NCBI GenBank assembly: GCA_030704615.1
Contig: CM060733.1
Coordinates: 14,942,001-15,006,000 of the forward strand
From: Takakia lepidozioides
Taxonomy: Eukaryota; Plantae; Bryophyta
Reading direction: 5' to 3'
DNA length: 64,000 bases
The notes beneath the pieces were generated by a model. That model saw only the letters and a program-made list of their open reading frames with translations. It searched no databases and had not been told where the DNA came from. The translations under genes and the position numbers were made by a program. Within the stretch, counting starts at the first letter, position 1. Each line of letters opens with the position of its first letter. Shown one piece after another: positions 13,200 through 25,900 of this stretch.

Positions 13200-14010
13200 A
13201 GAGTTGGGTGCATGTCTGTGGAGGAGACCAAGGTAGGGGAGGGGGCGACTGTTGTTGGTCACCGGATTGTGGCATGACAGTGGTATCATGGGAAGACTGG
13301 GTGGAAGAGCCTGGGATAGTGGGTTCTTGGTGTATTGCTGTGCGAGAGGAATAGAGGGGGTCGGGACTGACCTGATCTCAGGGAGTAAGTCTTGTGGGCT
13401 GTGTGGGAAAAGCCGACATGGGAGATCACAATCTAGGATGCATGAGGTAGAGGGGTAGCAGAATAAGGTACGGAGGTATAGGAGGAGAAAACAGTCAATC
13501 GGTTGTGAACGATGCCTAGTGACCAAAAGTTAGAGTGAGGTAATTGTGGACCAATTTGCAAGGTGAGGAGCCAATGTGAGGCCTTGACAAGATCGAATCC
13601 CTGGGTAACCTTGGGCATGCCAATTCTGCGAGCAATGGAGGGAGGGTCTAGAAAATCTTGGTTAACCCAGACGTCTTTTATCTGACAGAACCCCATCTTA
13701 TCCCAAAATGACCAGCGTTTAGCCTGGCTGCGTTGGACCATGGAGGGGGGGATTGTTGTTAAGGAAAATGTGTTGTCTGAGGCTTCCCTGGCTCTGGTTT
13801 CTTAAGGAAAGGTCGAAGCCATCCCCAAGCTTGCCAAATGGCCGACCATAGGGATGAGCCGGTGGTTTTGTGCTTAAAACCTTGTTATACAACCCACCGA
13901 AGTGATGGTGTCCAAGGCAAATGCTTGAGAGGAGAGGCACCTAGGATATTGCCAGCGATTAGGAATTTCCACCACCTCCCCCTCTTGACCAAAGAACCTA
14001 GGAACCCACT
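13200..14010 (-). mobile_element. Degenerate non-LTR retrotransposon (L1-like, post-RT region) fragment
   Basis: Minus-strand fragments WVPRFFGQ..WWKFLIA and FWDKMGFCQIKDVW resemble the region C-terminal to RT in plant L1 ORF2; frames are broken. Confidence 0.45.
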
Positions 14011-14399
14011 TGCCTAGGAGAGCAGTGATTTGGGTGTCCGGATCAATGATAATACATTATGTTTGCCTTTCAATTAAAAAACAAAAGAAAATAATAATAA
14101 TCTTCTTTATATGTATTGGGATGAAAGTGGAGATGAAAGTGATAGTGACTGATGGAGAGTCAGAAAGTGTCAGGGACGGTTCGGATGAGGGAGGGACAGG
14201 TGGCGGATCTCGATTACATCGAAAGTAACGAGCCTCACACCGTCGATCGTAAATATCGACGGTAACGAGTAATAACAGTAGTGACGAAAGAAAATATGGG
14301 GCGCAGGGGGGAGGGAGCTGAATCTGGACACAATGTGGGTGTGGCTGCGCAGTTGACTGCGCGGCTCCTTTTTCGGTAACCCTGCGGCGACGCTAATTC

Positions 14400-14610
14400 A
14401 CCGGCTTAACGGATGGCACTGCGAAACGCCGGGTGGCCCGGGGGCTGGGGGAGGTTTCCAGGCAGGGGTGCGCGGCCCGGGTGTGACCCGCGCAGGCGAC
14501 CGCGGGTCAGAGGCGGATTAGTGAATGGTTAGTGAGAGTGAGTGTCCGTTAAACGGTACAGCGACTGTAGAGGAATGTGGGTGTGAGGTTACCGTTGCAG
14601 CCAACGGCTA
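14400..14610 (+). promoter_or_regulatory. Cluster of MSA-like (AACGG) elements upstream of the TPR gene
   Basis: Five AACGG/CCGTT cores at 14408, 14546, 14552, 14592 and 14603 (CCAACGGCT), in a GC-rich block just upstream of a (CT)n 5'UTR-like tract (~14678-14708). Confidence 0.6.
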
Positions 14611-14677
14611 GCTCTCTCGTCGTCTCGCAGGGCCGTCGAGGGACCATGATCTGCTGAGAGCTTGCTTGGCATTGTCA

Positions 14678-14708
<31 letters not shown>

Positions 14709-15576
14709 GGTCTTCTCCTCTCCCAGGTGCAATCCATCTCAAGCTTCTTGCTGTGAGTACTGGTGGTTGCATTTGGGTATAGTATATAGTGCAGCTGCTC
14801 TAGAAGAGGGGGTTATGTATTTCTCTCTTTCTTTTTTTTCCACAGCCTTCCACTCCCGTGTCTTCCTGCTTCCTACTGTTTTCACGATATCTCGCCCTTC
14901 TCTGGCTCATTCAAAAGTTTCTGCGTCTCTCTTCCTCCCCACCCCAGCTCTATTGTATGCTTCTTTCGTTGTCTTCGTCCTTCCCGTTAGTCGCATTTGG
15001 TGATTTTGGCAGATTCCCCGGTGACTGATTCCTTTGTGGGCGCTATGGGGGAAGCTGGAGTTTGGGGCTGGCCTCAGCTGCAGATACGCAGCTGAAACAA
15101 TCATTGATGTTTCCTGACATCAGAAGTGCACTTATGCAACATGCGTTCCTTTCTTCACTGCAAAGGAATTTAGAGTAATAGGACTAGGAAATTTTCCAAA
15201 GAGCTTATGACTAAGCTCTTTTAAAAAATCACAGAGGAAGCAGCAGGGACGAGAAGCTACATTGTAAGTGGCTTTTAGGAATGGTCTTGTAGCCCTGTTT
15301 CCTTACTAGAAATTGTGAAGGCACCCACCTGAAAGTAATAAAAGAAATTCGAAGCAGAGAAGGCCAGTAGCTTCTGCATAATCCGACAAGAAAGCCTTCA
15401 CTTTTGGCCCAAGATGACGAAGTGATTGTTCGATTGTGGAGCACTGCTCAACCAGATTTTATAGTCTTCATAGAAAGCTATCAAGCATTACTGAAAAGCA
15501 CTGATTGAACAGTGAGAATTTGGTTTGTGCTCCGTTAGTGCAATCGACTAAGAGAAAAGGAAGTGGGCTAGAAGCA

Positions 15577-18500
15577 ATGATGTGGAGTGATCAAATTCCA
15601 GCGCCTCCTGGTCACATTCCATTTGGACAGCGGATGTCCAAATCTGCACCATGCTCGCCGGCGAAGCCTTTGATCAAGAGAGCACCTGCGAGGGCAGATT
15701 CTTTTCATGTGGTGCACAAAGTTCCAGTGGGCGACACACCGTATGTGAAAGCCAAGCATGTTCAGGTACAAGTTTTTCTGTAGATATACGTATTTTCTTT
15801 CTCGCTGTCTTCTCCCCAAATTGGAAGCGAAGAGATCAGTTGTTCATTTACGTTCAAGCATGCTTATATGCAATCAGGATACATCTAGCAATAGGAGAGC
15901 TTCTTTGCCATTGAGCTATATTCCTTGCTATTGAGCTTGGGTTTTAGTTCTGGTTTCCACATTGGAAAAGAGGTGCACTAGTTTCTGAAACGCAAACATT
16001 CACCCCTACACTCAGATACCTCCTGCACAAAAAAGTTCGAGTGTCAATGTCAAAATTGTGGCATTGAGATGCAGTATCGCTCGTTGACGTATCGTGAGAC
16101 GAGGATTAGAGGTCACTTTGCGATTTGCATGTAAACTGCAAGAACAATATGGTTGAATGGTTTGTCTGCTTCTCTACAGCTGGTGGACAAAGACCCGGAC
16201 CGTGCAATCGCCCTGTTCTGGGCAGCAATCAATGCAGGGGACCGCGTCGACAGTGCACTCAAAGACATGGCAATCGTAATGAAGCAACAAAATCGGCCAC
16301 AGGAGGCGATTGAAGCCATCAAGTCACTTCGCGGCCGTTGCTCAGACCAGGCCCAAGAGTCGCTTGATAATGTGCTACTTGATCTTTACAAGGTCCACTC
16401 CTCTCATGCACCTCGGATTTTCACTCGGCCTTAAATGCAAGCTCTACTTTGGCACAGTCAGACAGCACTCACCAACGCCGTCAGAGAGAAAGAGAGATCA
16501 GCTCATTCCTACTTCCATCACCATTTATAGCTGAGCGTGTAAGGCTGAGTGTCTGGACTAACGCAAAAATTCTTGGGTGCAGAGATGTGGGAGACTGGAC
16601 GATCAGATAGCATTGCTGAAGCACAAGCTTCATCTCATCCATCAGGGCATGGCTTTTAACGGGAAGCGCACCAAAACTGCGCGCTCGCAGGGGAAGAAGT
16701 TCCAAGTATCAATCGAGCAGGAAGCTACGCGTCTTCTGGTATGTGGCAACAATTCGGACACAGTCTTGCTTGCAACATAACAACTTTCTACATCATCCCA
16801 CTGATAGCATTTCTTCTCTCCATGCTTATGCGAGGTCTGCTTTGTAGCGTGGAGTATTTGGGATTCCGAAACAAGAGGTTCTTAAGGAAGAATTAAGTGG
16901 GCATCCATATGTTTGCAGGGCAATCTAGGATGGGCATATATGCAGCAGTCGAATTTCGTTGCTGCAGAGGCCGTGTACAGGTAATACGAACTGTGAATTT
17001 CATCTTAGTTCTTCAGTGTTTTACAGCGGCCTGTTTTTGGTGCCCAGCTAGAATCCAACATCTAGTGATTACAGAAAGATGAGGTCTGTTTGTCCATCAA
17101 GCTGTCCCTCACTGACAAGTGATCCTTTAAGACTAATCAACCGAGACAGGACTCCCACTACTAACAAGATAACATTTTCCTTCTTGGTGGATAACAGGAA
17201 GGCTTTATCAATCGAGCCTGACAACAACAAGGTGTGCAACCTCGGAATCTGCCTGATGAAGCAAGGGCGCCTGGAAGAGGCCAAAGCCATGCTCCAGAGC
17301 GTAACTCCCGCATGCACAGATACGCGCTGGGCCTCAGACTCTCACCTCAAATCTTACGAACGAGCCCAAGAGATGCTACTCGAGCTTGAAACATCTATGG
17401 GTACCCAAGGGGGTGAGAGTCTCTCCCAAAAACTCAGCAGTTTTGCGATTCCTGAAGCAGATTCAAGCTTATTGGACCTGCATCACTCGTCTCTATGGCA
17501 ACCCCAGCCGGCACTTCCCCGCCAACCCCGACGGACAGCCCGCACTCAATTGGAGCAACAGTTCTCTCAATTTGTCGACCCTTCCCTGTCGGGCGCTCTT
17601 CTAGCAACTGCTGGCTTCGGTCCCTCTCGGCCAAACGGACCCCTTTCATCATCGGCAGGACACAATGGCACGGTACCCAACGGAGCTCCTCCAAGCCAAC
17701 AGCTCTCACAAACTGTGGACGTCAACCATGTGCAGGCATGGCAGCTCCAAAACTATGGCACGGAGTGGGAGGAAGACGACGTCGGCTACTCCTCACCTGA
17801 TGAGAACGTTGACAGTATCCAGGGATTCCAGCAGGACGGACATGGTTATACCTTGGGGGAATTACAACAAATGCAGTGGCACGCAGAAGCCCTTCGGCAG
17901 CGGCTAGAGAGTGTGTCTGTTGTAAAGAACCTGGCAGATCGGCAACGTGAGTCGACCAATTCTTCATCCCTCTCGCAGGCCCGTACCTGGAATGCGCTTA
18001 GCACTGCTTCCTTGTCACTGGGTAGTCAAACAATCCCCAGAAGCGAACAAACACTCAGCAGTGAAGCTGCACCTTTCAATCCCCCTGCTGCAATTCCGAA
18101 GGAGAAACCCCAGCAGTCTGTCAACGACCCAATGCTCCCCGGGCGGGCCATGGGAGACCGGCCACCTCTCACTTTTGATCGGACCAACGAGCTTCGCAAT
18201 GGGGCAAATAGCAATGGCTCGGGAGGGCTTGGGGAGATGGGGGTAGCCAAGCAGTCTAGCAATGGGTGGATAAAACACAGGAGCTCAACAGGTAAGACAG
18301 CGTTCCAAATTGTTGCATGCAAATAGTCTACATTGCTCAAGCTGTTTCTTGGCCTCATCCTCAGAGTGTCCCTCTTGCAATAGCTTCCTGGCACTGTTGT
18401 CCATACCAGTGAGGGATTAGATTGCTGTGAGTGCAGACACTTCAATCTAGAAATTTTCCATACAGGATGGCCAGACAGTATGTCCAATTAAAATGCAGGT

Positions 18501-19232
18501 AAGTGGGATGTGGTTTCAGATCAGCAGGCTGTGGAGGTAACTCACAGTTTCCCTCTTGCTATAGCTTCCTGGCATTGTTGTCTATACCAGTGAGGGATTA
18601 GATTGCTGAGTGCATGCACTTCAATATAGAAATACTCCCTCTCCCGTATGAAGGACAAAAGGTCCATGTGTGCATTTAGTATATGCTAAACATCTGTTCA
18701 GTCGAGATCTGGTATCAGGCTTGTTGTTCACGGTTCCTCTTTGATCAATTTGTGTGCAGCCATGTCAAATGGTTGGAGTCGAGGGGGGGACTATGATGAA
18801 AACCGGCCAACATCACGGCGTTCCCTATCACTTGAATCATTTGATACTGCATACATCGCAGCATCCCCCCTACACCTGCAGCAACAACAGCTCATGGGCA
18901 CCCCTGGACTACCCCCTTTGCACAATGGAGGCACCAATGGCAAGCGGAGTCGGACTCTCACCCCTGTGAAAGAAAAAACTCCGAGTCCTTGGGGTTCCCT
19001 CGGATTTACTGCCAGCCCAGGGGATCTGGACTTTGACTGCGCAGATAATGGGGTGGACAGTGTCTTTCAAAATCCTCCACTTGCCTCAGCAGTTGTGTCC
19101 AAGGAGTGCCCCTTCAACGAGGAGAAATCAAATCTCTCCAAGGATGTTTCTGTCAAGGAGCTGGAGATAAAACGCCAACGTAGGCTGAGAGTATTCCAGG
19201 AGATGACACTCTCTGCCAGCCCCCAGGCCTGA
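15577..19232 (+). CDS. MS5/POLLENLESS3-like (SDI1 family) tetratricopeptide-repeat protein
   Basis: GT-AG exons 15577-15765, 16180-16392, 16583-16738, 16919-16980, 17198-18291 and 18760-19232 join in frame. Family motifs: SKSAPCSP, FHVVHKVPVGDTPYVKAKHVQ|LVDKDPDRAIALFWAAINAGDRVDSALKDMAIVMKQ, GNLGWAYMQQ, EPDNNKVCNLGICLM, C-terminal RRLRVFQEMT. Confidence 0.93.
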
Positions 19233-19921
19233 GATGGGACGTTTAGGAGCAACTCTCTTCCTCCCTGTGCATATTGCAAGCCTCTACTCTTCACATACAT
19301 TTGGTCAGCTAGAACTTGCATCCTATTGTGCATGTACAGTAATAGTCACACCCCAGGTAATGAAGGTGTGGGTGGAGAAGATTTCTGCAGGCATAGCTTC
19401 ACTCAGTGTGACCTTCTTGGTCACAAAACTTCAAATGTAGGACAACTTTCTTGGTTGCACACTGCATGCTCAACATGACTAGCTGATCTTAGAGATCCAA
19501 ACTGTGTGCGAAGCATTAGTTTTAGTTAGGAACTGAAACTGAAAGACAGCTGAAAGGCAGCTTTATTATGGTAGAACTTTGGTTGCATGGCAGCACAGAC
19601 TCGTCTTATCCTATTTATTGAAATGTCTATGGTCTTTAATGTCTTTCTCACAATTATCCTTGAAACACAGGTCACTTTCCCTCCCTTCCTATTGCTGGTG
19701 CCATGAGGTATACAAGATAGTAGTCCATTGCTCATAACCTCCATACAATACAGGATGCGAAATAAACTGACAATCTCAATTTGCAACTGCACAAAATAGG
19801 ATGGAACTGGAATATAGTGTACAAAGGTGCAAACAAGCATCATTTGTGCGTTAGCACAAAACAAAGCCAGGAAGTTTGACAAGGGCAATGTGAAAGGAGA
19901 CCAACCATATTGACAAAGAAC

Positions 19922-22900
19922 TTACAACCCACACATGAAATGGTAAATGGGGATACAAAGAAGCATGAGAATAGCGATGGTTGTCAGGATAGCTCCTTGT
20001 TTAAAAGAATCTGATATACTCCCCGACCGCGAATATTGCTGGAATGCCAGAATGCTGGCCAGTGCCAAGGACACCACCGATGCAGCAGGCGTTCCTCTGA
20101 TGCATTCCTCATGAATTTTAGAAACAATCTCCAAATTGTGATCAACCGACTGATGAAAGAACTTAAGATCTGCAAATGAGAGTTCACCCTAGTCTTGAGA
20201 ACTCCCAGAGAGGCAGGAAGAGACAGAACAATAGAAACTTCATAATGTCCATGAAAAGCTGGAGACACAATCTAACAACTAGCACCAAAAAACCTGCCCT
20301 GAATTGTTGCATGGTTGTACCAGAATTTAAGAGCAGACAAAAAAGAAAAATATCGCAGCTCAGAGTGCTTGCCTTATCCTCATGACCTGCAAAGGCGCTG
20401 TGATGACTAGCAGAAGCAAAGTCAAAGGTAGCTCCAGCTCCCCTGCCACCACCCACATGTCGGCCTTAATTCTGCTATTCCATAAAGCACAGAGAGAGAG
20501 AGAGAGAGATAAAGGAGGGAGGGTAACTGCCATGCATAATTAGAGATTGTACTCATAAGACGTTGTTTGCCGTAGCCTTGTGGCCATTGACCCCGTGCCC
20601 AGTTTGAGCGGGAACAAAAGGGACAGAACCTACCTCTGTCAGGGGCTGACGTTGGTAGTAAGACTTACCTTCATATATAGAATTAATCCGGGTTTTCCAG
20701 ATATCCTCTAGAAATCCCTTCACACAAGCATCAATCTGCTGTGTGTGATTTGCCCAAAAACTAGGCCTCAGGAGGGCCTGGGCTTTTGGCTCAGCCCCGA
20801 GACTTTCAAAGTTGGTAAACAGGGGTACAGGCACAATTTCCTTGATAGATTTGAAGAGAGCGTCTCTTTGGTGAGAGAACCCCGGACAGTGTATCAGAAA
20901 ATGAATACTGTCTTCAGATTGCCCACACAACGGGCAATTGCGCTCTCCCTTTCCTCTCTGCTTCTGTTTGCTGTTCAAAGGTAGGCTTCCTGCCCTGAGT
21001 TTTAATTTCAGTCTAGTGCCGAGAGTGGGTAGACCCTTGAGGTCATCCAAGATGTCCTCCCCCATGTCACTGACTGGAAACAAGTTCAGGGAAGTTTTCT
21101 GCATAACTTCATTTTCATCAGACAATCTCATGGCAACAGACATGGCTTTGGACACTACAGTCTCTAAGTCAGATTTATCCAGCAGGGTCAAGACTTGCGG
21201 ATCCAGGTCCAGGTCCTTGAGAATCTCTTCTACTCTCTTCTGCCAGGACTTAAGCCTGTTTGACAGGGCGGTCCTGTTTCCAAGATATAGAGTCGATTAA
21301 CTTAGGATATCTGGTGTTGGGCATATGTTGCAGCTGACCCCACCATCTGACCTTGAATTCGTCTCGTCGGGAGCTTAAGGACGGAATGCCAAACTCACCC
21401 CGAACAGCCACATTGGCTGTTTTGGAGCATGCTGACATACACTCCTTAGGCACCCCCACTTGAATGGATTCTAGAGACTTAGCCTGGTTGGAGTTATCAA
21501 CCCATATTGCAGATCCGTACTCCAAGGCAGGTCTAATAACGCGACAAAGCATGGTTTTCTTAACCTCAGAGTTGACCCCTCTGCAGTGGAAAAATTTAGT
21601 GAGCCCCAGAGCTTTGCCCTTGCCAGTTTGAACAACTTTCCGGATATGTGCATCCCAATTACAATTGGAGGAAAACTCAACGCCCAGGTAAGTGTAGGAA
21701 GGGAGGACCGGGATCTCTTGGCTACCCCACTGCCACTTAAGATCACTTCCTCCCTCCCCTCTGTCGTTGAATGCTACCACTGCACATTTGCTGACATTAG
21801 CCTCTAGCCCCCAAAGATCAAAGTATCTCTTCGCGCAATCAATCAACTCCTGGAGATTGGTTGGAGTCTCCCCTATGCCTACGAAGTCATCCGCAAACAT
21901 AAGGGCTAGTATGGTGGTATCACCCACCCTTAACCCAAATCCCTCACTTTCCACATCCTCGAGGAGTTGATTGATGAAAACATTGAAGAGCAGAGGGGAG
22001 AGAGTACATCCTTGAGCTACACCTTGGTCTATGTCAAAGAAGTTGGACTTCTGTCCGTTAACAGTGACACAGCTTTTGGTGTGAGCATACAAGTTGTGGA
22101 CAACTCTCCACATCTTTCCCTTGATCCCACAAGACCAGAGGCGGAACCATAGGCCATCTCTCCACACTGTGTCATAAGCCTTTTTGACATCCAGGAAAAA
22201 AACATAAGTGGGTTTCCCTTCTTTTTCCCTTCCCTGGATAATCTTGCTTAGAGTGAAGATATGATCCACACAGCCACTGTTTCGCCGAAAGCCAGCTTGG
22301 CCTTCGTGGAAACAACCTCTAGACTCCAGATCAACCTCGAGACGAGTACTTATAACTCTGCAGAATGTCTAGCCAACAGCATTGAGGAGCGTGATGCCAC
22401 GGTAGTTCCCCGGTTCTTCTCTGTCACCCTTCTTGTATAGATTGACAATGACCCCCTGTCGCCAGCGAAAGGGGATCATTTCAGTCTTCCAGATAAGGTT
22501 AAAGAGGAGAACTAGGGCCTCTATCATGGGATCGCCACCGTGCTTGATAAGCTCGTTGACAATACCATCACGTCCACCAGCTTTATATCCATTTAAATGT
22601 TCAATTGCTTCCACAATCTCAGAAGAACTAATGGGAGCGTTATAAGCCATTGAAATATACTCCAGTTCATCAGGGCTGTTTTGAATCATAGGAACAGTTT
22701 TTCCAACTGTGTCCCTCCATTCAGCAGAAGACCCCTCGCTGTTAGACCTAGAAGTTCTGCCAAGGATAGTGTAGTGGGTTTCAAAGGTTTTGACAATGTC
22801 AACCGATGAAGTCACCACTGCACCTTTAGTAGTCTTCAGCGCTTGTACTTGCTGACCGTTTTTCGGCTTGTACAAACGTTGGAGGGCCAACCAGAATTTC

Positions 22901-25900
22901 TTGTCATTACCACCATGGTGGTTTGAGTTTATTTCACTGTATAACTTGTCCCAGTATAATTTCTTCTGAGACCTTACAAGCTGATTGATATCTTTACGGA
23001 GCTGGTAGTACCTCGCCCACAATTCTCTGTTGGTTTTCAAATTGCAGCACTCTTTATAGAGGGCTCGTCTCTCAGCTATCTTGAGTTTAATCTCATTAGT
23101 CCACCAATTAACAGCTCTACCGCAGACAATTAGTTTCCTCCCAATGATCTTGTCAGCCACGGAGGAAACGAAACTCCCCCAAGAGTCCACTGCTCTTTCG
23201 ACTTCATTTCTTGCGTTGTCAGAGCGAGACTGAAGTTCTTGGAGCGATTGGACAAAATGAGGGAGAGCCTCTTGCAAGGCCTGGACGTACTCAGCCTTGA
23301 CCTCCTCATTATGGAATTTTTCTATGCGCCACTTCCGAATCGAACGTTTCACAGATCTCTTGGTGTTGGGAAAACACCTTTTGATCTCAGTCCAAACCAG
23401 TGTTGTGCGGGTTCTGCCTTTTTAAGGAACCCGCCGGGTCCGGGTTGCGGGTTTTTTTTCGGAGCCAAGTCCGGGTCCGGATCCGGGTTTTTGAAATTTG
23501 GAAAATCCGGGTCCGGGTTTGGGTCCGGGTTTGTCAACACGGACTCTGGTTAGGGTCCGGGTAGTTGTTGGGAAATATTAGCTGGTTCACAGGTTCGGAT
23601 CCGGGTCCTAATTTATTGATTAAATAAATTAGAAAATTAAGATTAATTAGGGATAAATTTATTTTTGGCTGGAAAAAACTTTAAATCCTAATAATGAATT
23701 TTATTTTAAGAGACATTCCTTCAAAATATACCATGAATATGAATATGTATACCATGAATAAGAATTAAATTAAGTTTGAGTTCCATTTTCTATTTTTCAA
23801 TATCAATTCTTTAAACATGTTAAGAATAGTAATATGCCTCAAGGGTAGATCGCTATAGCATGGATGTGTGGGATCTGGCATAATAATAATATATGACATC
23901 TCCTTTGGGAGGTGTAAATTATGGTCCCAGAGGGCACAACTTTGTGACACCACTCCGGGGATTGAACCCACAACCGCTTTTGAGGTGGTATGTGGGCATT
24001 ACCACTGGGCTACAACGTGGTGGGCTTCGCTGCTGCGGCCTATTGCTGCTCGTCCCCTCCACACATATGACAAAACCTACCAGATCTAAGGTGGACCCCC
24101 TATGCCCCATCTAAATTTAAGACCCGGACCCTGACCCGCTACATTGGCCCACGGTAGCTGGTTTAACGGGTTCTGGACCCAGCAGGCGGGTCCGGATCGG
24201 GGTTAGGGTCCGGGTTTTTTGTGATAGCACGGGTCCGGGTGCGGGTGCGGGTAACCCGGATCCTAACCCGCCGGTACCCGCCTTCAAAACCCGGACCTGC
24301 ACAACACTGGTCCAAACCAGGAAGTGGTCAGAGGTACAAATATCAGTTCTGTCGATCAACACATTGGCACAATGGGGGAACAAATTTTTGTCCATTATGA
24401 TATAGTCCACAATGGAACGTTCCCAGTTTGGGATTTCTCACGAGTCCACTGCACTTGGTCACCTCTTGTCCTGTTATTCAAGGTCAAAAGCTGAAGCTCT
24501 TCCAGACAGTTAATTAACCGTCTGCCATTAGAATTCAGCTCGTCCTCACCAAAAGGCCCAATGATATCGTCCTGATGGAGCCCTTTGCCCACCCGGGCAT
24601 TGAAGTCACCCAATAGCACCACCTGACCTTTGGCAAGGAACGAAGCACAGTCCAGCTTTACATCTTCGAAGGCTTTGTCTGCATCAGCACTAAGGGTCCC
24701 CTCTGTGGGCATGTAAACACAACCCACAAAGAGGTCCTTTGTACTCATGCCGCCCTTCAGATTCAGTTTTAGCCAGATACTATGCTCGTACCTCAAATCC
24801 TTGTTGATATTTTCACAATTGTCAAACAAGAAATCACGGACAAAGAATCCAACCCCTTTTTGACCGCATTTGGCAGAGGCTGCCTTGAGAGTACACATCT
24901 TACCTGCCCATTTATAACCATTGACATCTCCAACCAGTTTGTCCGACATTTCCCATGTTTCTTGCCCAGCACAGATATGAATATCATTAGTCCGAAGAAC
25001 TTGTCCCACTTCGAGTTGTTTCCTTTGGTTGGTCAGCCCTGAGAAGTTGAAAGTGGCCAGCCGCAAGCCAGCCCTTTGCATGTGAATTGTTTGTCGTCTA
25101 GGTAGCTTGTGATTGCTCCTGGACGGCCAACCGTTCTGCAAAGGGGGGACATGTACCCCATGTGTAGATTTTTCTCGTCTTGTGTAAACTTTGAGAATTG
25201 GTAAACCATTCAGGGTACCAAATCCTTCAGTTACACGACGCACAGGCTCCGCACACATAGGGACAGATTGTCCGGCAGACTATTTGGGGACAATTACCCC
25301 GTGTATAGATTTTGCTCGTCTTGTGTAGACTTTGAGGATTGGTAAACCATTTAGAGTACCAAATCCTTCAGTTACACGACGTTCAGGCTCTGCACACTTA
25401 GGGACAGATTGTCCATCTGACGGCTTGGGGACAAATACCCCATGTATAGAATTTGTTCGTCTTGTGTAAACCTTGAGGATTGGTAAACCATTCAGAGTAC
25501 CAAATCCTTCAGAGGATGTTCAGGTTCCGTACACTTAGGGGCATCTTGTCCTTCTAGCTATTTGGATTCAACCTCATCCAGAGCATCAAACCGATTAGAA
25601 ACTCTCAAGTTGAAGTCCTTGCCCTTGGTTGTCTTCCTAGAGCGCCCCATTGAATCACCAATGTCTAAGACCGCTCTCCAGCCAGTCAAGGGACGAACTT
25701 CTTTGAGATTGAATTGATGTGGGACTCTATTAGAAGCACTTTTGGTCATTGCAACCTTCAACGTTCCCTTGTTATCAAGTCTCGAGATGGTACCATTAGC
25801 CATGAAATCCAAGCCTAAGCTAGAGCATGTAGTTTTAAAGGACACATCGTCCATCCTGGGATTCACCCCAAAAACTACACATGAAGCCCTAGATTTGGCA

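Noticed and set aside
23239-24410. Gly-Ser/Pro-Asp repetitive ORFs
   Set aside because: They are translations of the hAT subterminal CCGGGT repeats.
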